From contig OZ244048.1 of assembly GCA_965215265.1 (NCBI GenBank), forward strand, positions 1,056,001-1,120,000: 64,000 nucleotides of DNA, given 5' to 3'. This DNA comes from Candidatus Poribacteria bacterium. GTDB lineage: Bacteria; Poribacteria; WGA-4E; WGA-3G. The notes below the pieces were generated by a model. That model was given only the letters and a program-made list of their open reading frames with translations. It ran no database searches and was not told the origin of the DNA. Positions 28,512 through 39,300 of the stretch are shown here, one piece after another; positions within the stretch are counted from its first letter, which is position 1, and each line of letters starts with the position of its first letter. The translations under genes were made by a program, and so were the position numbers.

Positions 28512-28810
28512 TGCATTAATCGCCGCTTTATGCTGCGCTATGCCTAAGATATCTCCGACGATCTATAGATTGGCAGGATAAGGTAATCTTTGTCTCTCCT
28601 TTCAGGAGAGACAAGAATACCGAACCTGCCAAGATTTACACATGAGCCCTCAAAAGCATAGACGTGGACGGTACGGAGATATATAAAAAATTGTTGGGCT
28701 CCTGTAAGTGATTGAAGAATCATAACCTAGAACGGCTCAGACGAGATTTACACACGAGCTATCATTACATAGACGTTGATGGTACGGAGATATACGAAAA
28801 GACGAAAAAA
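28470..28810. repeat. Composite of family A arms with a family B hairpin inserted at 28562-28632
   Basis: Removing B restores CTCCGACGA|GATTT; 28734-28800 nearly identical to 59113-59179. Confidence 0.85.
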
Positions 28811-28812
28811 CA

Positions 28813-30765
28813 TTAGGGCCAAAATTGGTAAACCGTCGTATTTGCCAAAACGCTGCAAATGCTCCATAAACTTCCGAAGATGTAGTCTCCAAGCGCGAGG
28901 CCCAAAAATAAGGGGACTGCGCGTCTATAGGCTTTGAGCCCACCATGGTGTAAGACCAATGCTTTGGCTACCCAGGCGACAAAGAGGCAGCTCCAGAGAT
29001 TGTACATACCCCAACTGTTCGCCATGGCGTACCCGAGGGGATGCAGTGGCCACCATAAAAACCGGGTGCGTAGCAACATAAGTCCCATTGCAAATGCACT
29101 GCCTCCGCCGATAAATGTAAGGGCCGGAATATCGGTCCCTTGTGGATAATTCAGCCAATTTTCAAGTTGACGGTAGACACCTCTGCCAAAGCCGAGTGCC
29201 CACGGGCCGTAGTAACCTGTCTCGGCACCGTGGCGGTAGTAATTCTCTAACAACAGCCAGAAGACAACAAGCGCACCAATTCCGGTAGCGATGAGAATTG
29301 CTACGGCTATGTGCCCTGGATGTATCTGTCTCCGTTCTGCGATTTTGAATGCCTCTAATTCTTGCGGCATCGGGTGTGCACGGTAGGCACGGTTAAAGAA
29401 CATGTACAGCGAAAATACTCCCTTGGTACTCGTGTTGAACCGCTGCGTTCCAAATGCCGTCACCAATAAACTGTGCGGGTCTACGCGATGTAAATCGTGA
29501 ACTAAGAACCCTAGTTCGGCACGGAGCCGCGCAATCATGATTGCAAGCAGGAAGTAAATTCCGAAAAAGAGCGGCACCACCCACAGTGCCATGCCTGCTT
29601 TGTAAGAGAAAGCTGTCAAAAAGAGGCTCCCGCCCACGATGCCAAGGCACGCAAAATGATACGGCATCGGTTCACGTCTATCTCCGTTTTTTCTTCTAAA
29701 TCTGTCTCGGATACCCGCAATTACGTAGTTGAAATGTGCTCTGCCTATCCACGCCGCACTCCCCAGCAGGGCAAGGTACGCGCCGAAGCTCTGTGCATCT
29801 GCATAAGGAAAACCGGGCAGCTGCCGCACCCCCAAGACACTACCTGCCATGAGTTCAAACTTATATAACCAATAGAATACCCAACATGAAAAAAGCAGAT
29901 CTAGAGGTATCAGGAAACTAATCCCAATTGCAAATGGGTAAAATGAGAGGCGGACACCACCCATGGCGTTCCAAGGCCGTCCCGTAAAAAATTGATGTAT
30001 ATTTTGTCGTTTAACCGGCACATACGGCACCGCAGGATATATTGAATTGAGTAGATTCATCACGCTAATACCAGCTGCAATACCAAAACCTACCCACATC
30101 AATTTATTTTTGAAAAAACTCGCCCCCGTATCTGTCATCGCCAGCGGCAATTGGATAATTGGGTATGTCAGCCGCTCACGCTCTGTCCACTGGATTCTGA
30201 GTAAGGTGTTGATGCATAACATGACAAACATCAACACGAAGATGAAAACTGTCCACCAAACGATAGGTGTTGCCCATGCAATCAGATGGTCCCTGCGGTA
30301 AAAACTGGACTGCCCCTCATAATACCCAGATAAGACTCGGGTATCTTGGACGGTGAGCCATGTAGGTAATTCTTTCCAAAATAGTTGCTGCCATTCGTTC
30401 TCCGGTGTGGCAAACTGAAACGGATGCCCTAAGAGTGTGACGAGAATTTCCATCATATCGTGCGAACAGAGAGAAGAGACAATGCACAACATGACATAGA
30501 TAGTGAGTAACTCGGCACCGGATAGCCACAACTTTTTTGATAATTTGCCGAGTACCGCCCGTAGTACGAGCAACCAAAACAAGATAAAAATAACGTTAGA
30601 GAGCGGATGAATTAGCGTCGGATGTGTATATCGCACTACCTCCAACTGAATTATCCAGTAAACGTTAACAGGCATCAGGAGGAGTGCGATGAAAAGTGCC
30701 TTCGGTGTTAAGCCTGATTCATAAGTGCTCCTATTTTGGGTGGATCCATCCGCGTTCCTTTTCAA
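28813..30765 (-). CDS. Polytopic membrane protein, DUF6785/DUF6784-like putative peptide transporter
   Basis: ELLTIY, QWTERERLTYPIIQLP, WWPLHPLGY, KAYRRAVPLFLGLALGD. Confidence 0.7.
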   Translation of the reverse strand: MKRNADGSTQNRSTYESGLTPKALFIALLLMPVNVYWIIQLEVVRYTHPTLIHPLSNVIFILFWLLVLRAVLGKLSKKLWLSGAELLTIYVMLCIVSSLCSHDMMEILVTLLGHPFQFATPENEWQQLFWKELPTWLTVQDTRVLSGYYEGQSSFYRRDHLIAWATPIVWWTVFIFVLMFVMLCINTLLRIQWTERERLTYPIIQLPLAMTDTGASFFKNKLMWVGFGIAAGISVMNLLNSIYPAVPYVPVKRQNIHQFFTGRPWNAMGGVRLSFYPFAIGISFLIPLDLLFSCWVFYWLYKFELMAGSVLGVRQLPGFPYADAQSFGAYLALLGSAAWIGRAHFNYVIAGIRDRFRRKNGDRREPMPYHFACLGIVGGSLFLTAFSYKAGMALWVVPLFFGIYFLLAIMIARLRAELGFLVHDLHRVDPHSLLVTAFGTQRFNTSTKGVFSLYMFFNRAYRAHPMPQELEAFKIAERRQIHPGHIAVAILIATGIGALVVFWLLLENYYRHGAETGYYGPWALGFGRGVYRQLENWLNYPQGTDIPALTFIGGGSAFAMGLMLLRTRFLWWPLHPLGYAMANSWGMYNLWSCLFVAWVAKALVLHHGGLKAYRRAVPLFLGLALGDYIFGSLWSICSVLANTTVYQFWP

Positions 30766-32293
30766 TCAAAACCTCCGTTTTGAAAGGTGCACACCGCTGT
30801 TGATAATCCCGTAATGTTTCGATCGCTGTTTCTCCATGAAGCAGACTGGGTTGGTACTTTTTCTGGGGTGTTTCTGTTAAAATTGGAATCAATTCAATGA
30901 ATCTCAGCTGCCGATTAGCATAAGTAGCTTTGGGTATAACGATTTGAGCGTACTGTTTAGAATACGTATCATATATAAAATCAGCGAGACTGTAGATAAT
31001 CGGTTTGCCCTGATAAAGTTCGATGCCACCGAAGTGATGAAGTTGTTGACAGACAACCATATCGGCACCTGTATCAATGAGGGCGTGCGCAAATAGCTGC
31101 TGACGGCGAATCGCCTGTTCTCTGGCCTGATTTCTAAAGTCGCTTTTCTCAACTAGAGCGTCAGCGTGTTGTGCTTGTTGGTGCCGTTGCCGTTCTGGCG
31201 GATTCACTTGACGCCCCGTCCCACCCCAGTGTAGCAACACGATGACAAGTTTCGCTTTGTCCCGTACGTCCGTGACGGCTTCCATCATTTCGCTATAAAC
31301 CGCATCCGCAAGTAGTTCTGCCTTGTGCTGCGAGAATTCGTTTTGTCGATAATAGGCGAGTACGGCAACTTTTTGTATACTGGAACCCATCAACGCCTGA
31401 TGTGTTTCGTCTATCTCGGTACCATCATCGCGTTTGTTTTGATGACTCGTGTGTCCAGCTCGTCGGAGGTTTCTGATGTTTTGATTCATACTCCGGCGCA
31501 CCGTTTCAATATTGGATGGCACGCGTGGGACCGGTATCCATGCGGGCATCCGTGCCTCTGTGGTAGTTGTACCGGCACCAACCGGCTTGACATTATACCT
31601 TTTAAGTTCTGTGAGTGTATCTGCTAACGCTTCAAAACCGAAGTCCATACTGTGCGGGGTAGCTAAGGAGACGGCATCAAAACCTGCGTTTGCGAGTGCC
31701 CTTGCGAGTCCCAATGATGCGCGGAAGGTGTGTTCATGTCCGTACCGTGGCTCTCCTCGTTCTGAAATGCTTGTGTTGAGAAAGGCAACGGCGATATCTG
31801 CAGACTGAATCGACTCAGCGGTGCCTTTAAAAAAGATACCTGCTCCATTTATTTCTATCAGTGGTGTGAGACGGTTCCCGACAGTAATATCGCCAACAGC
31901 GAGGACGGTGAGTGTCTCAGCACCGGTGGTGCTTTGAGGCTGAAGTGCAACGTACGGCTGCTTTGGTTTCGCGTTCAAACCATCTAAGGAACCAGAGATA
32001 TCTTGGCTTGAGACGTTCAGGATGATGCACAGGCATGCGCAAATTTGGAACGCGACGAAAAATACGTTTTTGTATCTCTCCGTACCATCAACGCTTATGT
32101 CGTGAGTACTCGTGTGTAAATCTCGTCGGAGGTTATCGATGCTATGAATCATAGCATCGGAAGGCTCTGGCGAGATTTGTGCTTCGTTGTTCATTACATC
32201 TGTTGTGTTGTGCTCCTGTAGACGAAAAAACGAGATTTGTGCTTCGTTGTTCATTACATCAATCTGTGTTGTGCTCCTGTAGACGAAAATCAT
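30731..32293 (-). CDS. CapA-family (PGA_cap) metallophosphatase-fold protein; start uncertain because the N-terminus is repeat-derived
   Basis: LAVGDI, AGFDAVSLA, MDFG, LHWG, GIELYQGKPIIYSL; several metal-binding motifs degenerate. Confidence 0.75.
   Translation of the reverse strand: MIFVYRSTTQIDVMNNEAQISFFRLQEHNTTDVMNNEAQISPEPSDAMIHSIDNLRRDLHTSTHDISVDGTERYKNVFFVAFQICACLCIILNVSSQDISGSLDGLNAKPKQPYVALQPQSTTGAETLTVLAVGDITVGNRLTPLIEINGAGIFFKGTAESIQSADIAVAFLNTSISERGEPRYGHEHTFRASLGLARALANAGFDAVSLATPHSMDFGFEALADTLTELKRYNVKPVGAGTTTTEARMPAWIPVPRVPSNIETVRRSMNQNIRNLRRAGHTSHQNKRDDGTEIDETHQALMGSSIQKVAVLAYYRQNEFSQHKAELLADAVYSEMMEAVTDVRDKAKLVIVLLHWGGTGRQVNPPERQRHQQAQHADALVEKSDFRNQAREQAIRRQQLFAHALIDTGADMVVCQQLHHFGGIELYQGKPIIYSLADFIYDTYSKQYAQIVIPKATYANRQLRFIELIPILTETPQKKYQPSLLHGETAIETLRDYQQRCAPFKTEVLIEKERGWIHPK
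32067..32289. repeat. Family A element with tandemly duplicated right arm, overlapping the CapA 5' end
   Basis: AGATTTGTGCTTCGTTGTTCATTACATC...CTCCTGTAGACGAAAA occurs twice. Confidence 0.85.
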
Positions 32294-32296
32294 CGC

Positions 32297-32908
32297 TTAT
32301 TCCTGATTGTTCAAAATATCATCCAGGTTCACGTCCACGGCATCGTCGAATTCAGGGAACGGCTTCTCTTCTTTGAGGGTTGTTCCGAGAGCAATCAGTG
32401 CATCCGCAAGGACGAGTCTATCAACTTTAGCAATGTCAAGCGTCTCATTTTCAGATGTCAAATCCGCACGCAGGGTCTGATGGTTGCGATGCGTTTGGTC
32501 TTTCAGCTGCTGAATTTCCTGCCTAAGTTCCTCAATTTGCCTTTGGAATTCGCGCGCGGACTCATTAATAAGCGTTGACATTTTCTGCAAGTCTTCCTCG
32601 CCTGAACCTAACATACCGTTAAGACGCTCATCAATTCGTTCATCAATTCGCGCGTTGATGTCGTGAGGAACCTGCCCAATTTCCGCCTTGAGTGCATTAA
32701 TGTCCTCAGGGTACTGCTTCTCAAGAGCTATCAATTTCTGCTCCATGCGGTACTGCCAGTCTTCGGTGTCCCGACTGAGCGTGCGTAACCGTTTGTTGAA
32801 GTTACGGATGTAACTTCCGAGGATACTCTCGCGAAGATAGTCTTCATGCGGCTGTGACTTCGATGCTTCCGGTTCGGCGTTAACCGTATTTTCCATCGTT
32901 TTTTTCAT
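32297..32908 (-). CDS. Coiled-coil hypothetical protein
   Basis: LRESILG...heptad-rich...AKVDRLVLADAL. Confidence 0.65.
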   Translation of the reverse strand: MKKTMENTVNAEPEASKSQPHEDYLRESILGSYIRNFNKRLRTLSRDTEDWQYRMEQKLIALEKQYPEDINALKAEIGQVPHDINARIDERIDERLNGMLGSGEEDLQKMSTLINESAREFQRQIEELRQEIQQLKDQTHRNHQTLRADLTSENETLDIAKVDRLVLADALIALGTTLKEEKPFPEFDDAVDVNLDDILNNQE

Positions 32909-33134
32909 TTTTCGTATATCTCCGTACCATCAACATTTATGTGTTGATGATTGGTTTGTAAACCTCGTGGCAGGTTCGGTATTCTTTGTCTGTCCATGAG
33001 ACAAGATAACCTTATACCTGCCATCTATAGATCGGAGGTTATCTATGTTTAGAGTCTATACATAAACGGCTCTGACGAAATTTGTAAAGGACTTAACATT
33101 ACAACCGCCTCTGTTGTGCTGCAGTAGACGAAAA
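32909..33134. repeat. Family A element with family B inserted at 32968-33031
   Basis: Removing B restores AAACCTCG|TCGGAGG. Confidence 0.85.
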
Positions 33135-33160
33135 GATTTGCATGACATTAATTACATGAC

Positions 33161-34099
33161 TTATGGATAATTATAGAGATTTTCGGTATTGTCTGGTGAT
33201 GCAGGTTCCGTTTCCATTTTGCGAGGGTGTGGTTCGCTGTTCGCCCGGAATTCGCGCAGGATACACCTGATAATTTCCTCAGAGTAGGCGTGCGCCTCTA
33301 ACTTTCCTTGATGCGCCTCCCACGCCATTCTGGCAGCGGCTTCAAAGTACTCAGCATGTTTGTAAGCATCCAATACATCGTTACCACGGGAAAAGGTACC
33401 ATGCCCGACCCAATAGAGGATATGCCGGGGTGCATCTGGCGCGTTCTCAAATAGCCGCAGGCTTTCGTAAGACAATTCCGGAATACCGGGGGCGCGCTCT
33501 TGCACGAATCCGATTCCGCCAGAATCGTCATAGATGATAGGCGTTTCCGGTTCATAGCCCCTAAGAAAACTATAGAAGCGGTCAGGGTGCCCGTATTCCG
33601 TTCGGGAAATGAGATTTAAAAACTTTGGCTGCAGGTGGACAAGCGCGGTGAAACCTTGCACTGCTAATCGTTCAAAAATGAGCAGGTAGTGAAACATCTC
33701 ACTCGTCGGTTTAGGCGCAGGTATCTTGTTTTTATTTTCTTGCAACTGCAACGTGGATGCCGCCGGGCTACCGAAGCGGATGCGATAAAACGTCCCGTCC
33801 GATTCCACCTCAATGATGGCAAGATTCAATGCTGGATGTTCACACGCAATCATATCTAGACGTGCACCGGACTTCGTCAGTAGGATATGTCTTCCGGCTA
33901 ACCCCTTTACCATAATCTGAGATGGAAGTGGATAGCGCGGTGAAGCATCATAAGGAAGGAGAGAGCCTTCATCGACGCGCTCTGCCAGCAGGACACCCAT
34001 ATTGCCTGCTGTTGCCCACAGATAGTCGTGCACGTGCGCGTGCACGCCTACCCAACCCATCTGTCCGATAAGCATACCACATTCGCCATCCGGCGACAA
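33161..34099 (-). CDS. Class II aldolase, rhamnulose-1-phosphate aldolase-like
   Basis: AGNMG, PTSE..H, LVHLQP, WVGHGTF; start uncertain. Confidence 0.7.
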   Translation of the reverse strand: MSPDGECGMLIGQMGWVGVHAHVHDYLWATAGNMGVLLAERVDEGSLLPYDASPRYPLPSQIMVKGLAGRHILLTKSGARLDMIACEHPALNLAIIEVESDGTFYRIRFGSPAASTLQLQENKNKIPAPKPTSEMFHYLLIFERLAVQGFTALVHLQPKFLNLISRTEYGHPDRFYSFLRGYEPETPIIYDDSGGIGFVQERAPGIPELSYESLRLFENAPDAPRHILYWVGHGTFSRGNDVLDAYKHAEYFEAAARMAWEAHQGKLEAHAYSEEIIRCILREFRANSEPHPRKMETEPASPDNTENLYNYP

Positions 34100-34252
34100 C
34101 GGACGTAGCCCTGAGTGATAACCTCGCAGACACCATCGTTCGTAACGATAACTCTGCGGAGACGGTATTGTCCCGGCATTGGTTAAATACGGATTGGTTA
34201 GTATTTTTCTCCCCCTCCTCCACTTTGCTATAACTGTGCAGATTAACAGTTT

Positions 34253-34477
34253 TTTGTTTACTGCAGCACAACAAATGCCGCTGCTTTTTCGTATATTTCA
34301 GCCCGATAACGCTCTATGTTGTGTCAATGACTGTGTAAATCTTGTCGGAGATTTTCTAGGTTTTGACGGTTTAGACTAAAAGCTTCAAATGAGTTACCAG
34401 AAGATAAAGCGGTTCTGGCGAAATTTGTATAAGCGTTATCAAAGCAGCAGCCTTCATGGTACTTCAATGGACAAAAA
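34253..34477. repeat. Diverged family A element
   Basis: TTTTCGTATATTTCAGCCC...TGTGTAAATCTTGTCGGAG...GCAGCAGCCTT...GGACAAAAA. Confidence 0.7.
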
Positions 34478-34674
34478 GTTGAACCGTCTAGAAATTTCTG
34501 GTGCAACTTAACGCTACATTAACTATACCATGTTTGAAAAAAAATAGCAAATTTTAAATGTGTTGTTTCATCGACTCGTCTTGAAATATTGCGATGTATA
34601 TGATAAACTTTTTCTTATGAAAAGTAGAATCTCGCTCGTAACTCTTCAATGAGAAAGGTATCACTAACTACGTT

Positions 34675-36090
34675 ATGAAAAACATGAGAACCGAAACAGA
34701 TAGTATGGGAATGCTCTCTGTCCCAGCTGACCGGTATTGGGGGGCGCAAACACAGCGTGCCCTTCAGAATTTTAACATTGGCTCTGAGCGGCTGCCTCGT
34801 CCAGCACTCTGGGCACTTGGAATCATCAAGCAAGCCGTCGCTCACGTGAATGCCGAATTAGGGCTGCTTGAACCACAGCTCGCAGACAAAATTAGCAAAG
34901 CCGCACAGGAAGTCATTGATGGCAAGTTGGATGAGCATTTTCCGCTGCCTGTCTGGCAAACAGGCAGCGGCACGCAGTCAAATATGAATGTCAATGAGGT
35001 CATCGCCAATCGCGCCATTGAATTGCTCGGTGGGAAGTTAGGAAGTAAACACCCTATTCACCCAAACGACCATGTCAATAAGTCACAATCAACCAACGAT
35101 GTATTTCCGACAGCAATCCATCTAGCAATCTTGCGTGAGATTCAGGAGCATCTCATCCCGCGGCTACAGCAGCTACGAGAGGCGTTTGCAGAAAAGGCAA
35201 CAGCGTTCGCTGACATTGTCAAAATTGGACGAACGCATCTGATGGATGCCACGCCCTTGACGCTCGGACAAGAATTTAGTGGATATGCACACCAACTCAC
35301 TGCTGCAGAGGAGCGGCTTGTTGGGACACTTCCACATCTCTATGAGCTTCCTATTGGAGGAACGGCTGTCGGGACAGGGTTAAACACGCATCTGGATTAT
35401 ACGGTGAACGTTGTGGAAAGATTGGCAAAGACAACCGGATATCCACTCAAACGTGCGCGTAATTCGTTTGAGGCACTCGGGGGGAGAGATGCAGTGATGA
35501 ATGCGAGCGCTGTTTTGAAAACAGTCGCTACAGCACTCTTTAAGCTCGCAAATGACATCCGGTGGCTTGCCTCAGGGCCGCGGTGTGGACTCGGAGAATT
35601 GGAACTTCCTCCGAATGAGCCGGGGAGCTCCATTATGCCTGGGAAGGTGAATCCGACACAGTGTGAGGCACTGACGATGGTTTGTGCGAAAGTCATCGGG
35701 AACGATACAACGATGACTCTGGCGAATGCTAGCGGTGCGTTACAGCTCAACGTCTTCATGCCGCTCATGGCCTATACGGCTTTGCAATCCATTCAACTGT
35801 TAGGCGACGCGTGTGAGTCTTTCCGTAAAAACTGTGTCGTTGGCATTGTTCCTAACCGAGAACGGATTGCAGAACACCTGGCACAGTCACTCATGCTAGT
35901 CACCGCACTTACACCGCATATTGGCTACGATCGTGCAGCCAAAGTGGCACAGACCGCGCACGAACGGGGTTGTACCCTCCGCGAAGCCGCTGTCTCTTTA
36001 GGCGTGTTAACGGAGGTGGAATTCGACCAACGTGTAGTTCCTGTAGAGATGACGCAGCCCAATATCGGCCGGACAGAACCACCGGGTTGA
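34675..36090 (+). CDS. fumC: Fumarate hydratase class II
   Basis: YWGAQT, WQTGSGTQSNMN, GRTHLMDATP, GSSIMPGKVNP. Confidence 0.96.
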   Translation: MKNMRTETDSMGMLSVPADRYWGAQTQRALQNFNIGSERLPRPALWALGIIKQAVAHVNAELGLLEPQLADKISKAAQEVIDGKLDEHFPLPVWQTGSGTQSNMNVNEVIANRAIELLGGKLGSKHPIHPNDHVNKSQSTNDVFPTAIHLAILREIQEHLIPRLQQLREAFAEKATAFADIVKIGRTHLMDATPLTLGQEFSGYAHQLTAAEERLVGTLPHLYELPIGGTAVGTGLNTHLDYTVNVVERLAKTTGYPLKRARNSFEALGGRDAVMNASAVLKTVATALFKLANDIRWLASGPRCGLGELELPPNEPGSSIMPGKVNPTQCEALTMVCAKVIGNDTTMTLANASGALQLNVFMPLMAYTALQSIQLLGDACESFRKNCVVGIVPNRERIAEHLAQSLMLVTALTPHIGYDRAAKVAQTAHERGCTLREAAVSLGVLTEVEFDQRVVPVEMTQPNIGRTEPPG

Positions 36091-36113
36091 TGGATAGGTA
36101 GCGAAGTCTGCCA

Positions 36114-36385
36114 TACCGAACCTGCCATTCTCCTTTCAGGAGAGACAAGAATACCTTTTACCTGCCACCCACTGGGATAAGATTACCTTTTACCTGCCAC
36201 CTATAGGTTCTTTGTCTGTCCTTCAGGACAGACAAGATTATCTATAGATTGGCAGGATAAGGTTGAGAGATAGGTAGTTCACGAAAAAGAGAGGTTTCGT
36301 AAACTTACCTTTTACTCGCAACCCACTGGGTGTTGATGGTACGGAGAGATATAAAAATTTGATTTTAAAAGACTATACCTAAGGA
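36114..36385. repeat. Nested cluster of B-type hairpins and A fragments between convergent fumC and rpoC
   Basis: Multiple CCTGCCA ends followed by CCCACTGGG or CCTATAGG; TCTATAGATTGGCAGG; GTTGATGGTACGGAGAGATATAAAAA. Confidence 0.8.
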
Positions 36386-39300
36386 GTCTCCTCAGTGTCT
36401 GTAGATTCCAATTCTGATTGGCGTGGGGCGACATGCAGGTTCTGAAATTCGGAGAAGCCGCTGCCTGCGGGGATGAGTCTGCCGAGGATGACGTTTTCTT
36501 TCAATCCGAAGAGCGGGTCAGTTTGTCCGCTGACGGCTGCGTCGGTTAATACTTTTGTGGTTTGTTGGAATGAGGCGGCGGAGATGAAGCTTTCAGTGCT
36601 TAAGGCGGCTTTGCTGATACCTTGTAGGATGGGCTCGCCGGTTGCGGGTGTGCCGTTGTTTGCAGTGATGTCGGCGTTGACGCGATGGAATCGGTTGCGC
36701 TGGATCTCGTCATTGGTATGGAAAGGGGTGTCGCCGGGTTCAGTGATGCGTATTTTTGTGAGCATCTGCCTGACGATTGTTTCGATGTGTTTGTCATTGA
36801 TAATGCCTGCGCCATATACCTTTTGTACCTCATCGACGAGGTATGCTGAGACGGCTTCTTCTCCTTCAAGGGGTATGCCTTGGATGAGGGTTCGCCCGAT
36901 TTTAAGGATGTCGTGTGGGTTTCGGTATCCGTCTGTGAGCGGTTGCCCCGCGTTAACCCAGTCGCCTTCTGCAACGCGCCGTTTTTCGTCAGGGATTGGA
37001 TATGTGCGGCTTTCGTACCCGTCGTGGACGATGCGGTAGAGAGGAATGCCGGCTTTTGTTCCGACGGATTGGATGTATCCTTCAATTTCTGCGATGTCGG
37101 CAGCATCTTCGCGTTTTGGCCGGCGTGCTTCAAAGAGATCGGTAACGCGGGGGATTCCTGCAACGATGTCTCGGTTGACTGTTTTTTCATGGCGTTGTGC
37201 GATGGTGCTGCCTTCACGGATGGTGTCGCCTTCTTTGACGGAGAAGGAGTATCCTGCAGGTATGAGGTGTGGTTCGCGATGTCCGGTTGTGGTTTCGACT
37301 TCAATATGCATGCGTGCTGCGAGTTCGTCTGTATCGAATCCTGCATATTGTGCGATGGCATCTTGGTATGCGTCTTCCGACAATTCTGTGCCGACTTTGT
37401 GCGGGAAGCTGGGGTGGTGGACGCGGGTGACGGTGTAGTTCATTTGCTGAATCTGCTTTTGAATGGCGCGATACGCTTTTTCCTCTATTTCCTCTAAGAA
37501 GTTCTCCCCGCCCTGCGGGGTGAATTCCTTAACATCAGCGCTGCTGCTTTGATTCGATTCGCCCGCCCACCCAAATCCTTCCTCTGGAGTACGGGTGTCG
37601 GAAACGATGCGGTAGACGTTCTCGACATCAAAGGCTTTGTATTGGCGTTGAAGCTTCCGATATTCGTTTTCGGAGAGTTCGGTATCAACCGCAAGGTTGA
37701 GCTGGGGGTGCTGTACGCTGAGAACGCGGTATCGGGATGCTTTTATCTTCTGCTTGAGTTCTGGGTCGTTTTTTCGCTGTGCCTTATATTCGGCCTCTGT
37801 GAGTGCGTCGCCGTCTTCCATCTGATAGGTGCGTTGGACATCAAAGGCTTTGTATTGTCTGCGATAGGCGTTTGTTTCTTTTGGTGTCAATAACTCACCG
37901 GGTTGCAGGGGGAAGTCGGGGTGATGGACGGCTATGATGCGTGAGAAGCGTTCGGTTTCGATGGTACCGGTGTTGAGTTGCTTCTCTGTGGCTTCAAAGG
38001 CGGGGTATTGACGTCGTGCGTCACGGAATTCTCCGTCGCTGAGTAGGGTTCCGGGTTCGAGTGGACAGTCGGGATGATAGACGTAGGTGATGCGGTGGCG
38101 TAATTTGGGTGCATCAACTCCGGGGTATCGTCTGTGTGCGGATTTGAGTTCAGCTGGGGTTAAGATGTCGCCGACGTTGAGGGGGCAATCTGGATGATGC
38201 ACCTGGGTGACTTCGTGGAGGACGGTGTCGTTTTTCTTAACTTGAAAGGGCTGATGAGTCAGCCGTGCTGTCTCGTATTGTGCTTCGGTGAGGGTTTCGC
38301 CGGGGTGTAGTGGGGCATCTACGTTGACGACGTAGCTGGGCCTGGTATCCAGGTCAAAAGGGGTGAGCCAGGTGCGGATGTCTTCTTCTTCTACGTTGTG
38401 GTTAACGGCGAAGGGGAAGTTTTGCTGATGGCGGGCTGTGATGCGGTATAGCCGCTTAAAATTCCTATTTTTTTCGTATATTTCCCCACCATCAACGTCT
38501 CTGTTTTGCTGGCTTCGGAACCCTTCGATGTTTTCGTCGCCCGCCCACCCAAATCCTTCCTCTGGGGTGAGCTGTTGGGGGGTTAGGAGTTGGCCTGTTT
38601 GATTATCAAGGTAGCGCCATTCGCCTTCAAAGTGGGCATGGATGTTGGCTTTTATTTGTTCGGCCTCGGTTTGTGTCAAGAAGTCACCAACGGCGACGGG
38701 GATATCTGGATGTCGGACGGCTGTTACTTTGTATTGCTGGGTGACATAGATATTAAAGCCGTATTGGCTGCGTGCTGTGTCATACTGTGCTTGCGAAAGC
38801 CGGTCACCGGGACGAAGTGGACAGGTTGGGTCGTTGACGGTGGCGACTTCGTATTGCCAAGTGTTTGTCTCAAAGCCTTTATACCGTTCTACGTTTTCGG
38901 AGAACTGTTTTTCGCTGAGGAGTTCTTGGGGCTGGAGTTGGCAATCTGGATGGTTGACGTGTTTGACTTTGTATGCGGGTCCGTCGAGGTCAGCGCGGTT
39001 TTCGAGTGCGACCCAGAGTTCTCCTTCTTGTCGGACGGTGCTGCCGGGCAAGAAGTCTCGGAAATGAATGGTTCCGTTGACTTTTGCGTGAATTTGGCGT
39101 TGGGGTGCGTCGGATGCTTGTTCGACGGCACCGCCGGTGTGGAAAGTGCGCATGGTGAGCTGGGTGCCGGGTTCGCCAATGGATTGTGCGGCAATGATGC
39201 CGATGGCTTCTCCGACATCTGCGAGTTGTCCTGTGGTTAAGTCCGTGCCGTAGCATTTTGCACAGACACCCCGTTCGGTTTGGCAGGTAAGGACGGACCG

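Noticed and set aside
37171-39127. RpoB, RpoC and UvrA insertions as inteins or introns
   Set aside because: No intein-type termini or homing endonuclease motifs seen, frames are continuous, and the content is explained by repeat modules.
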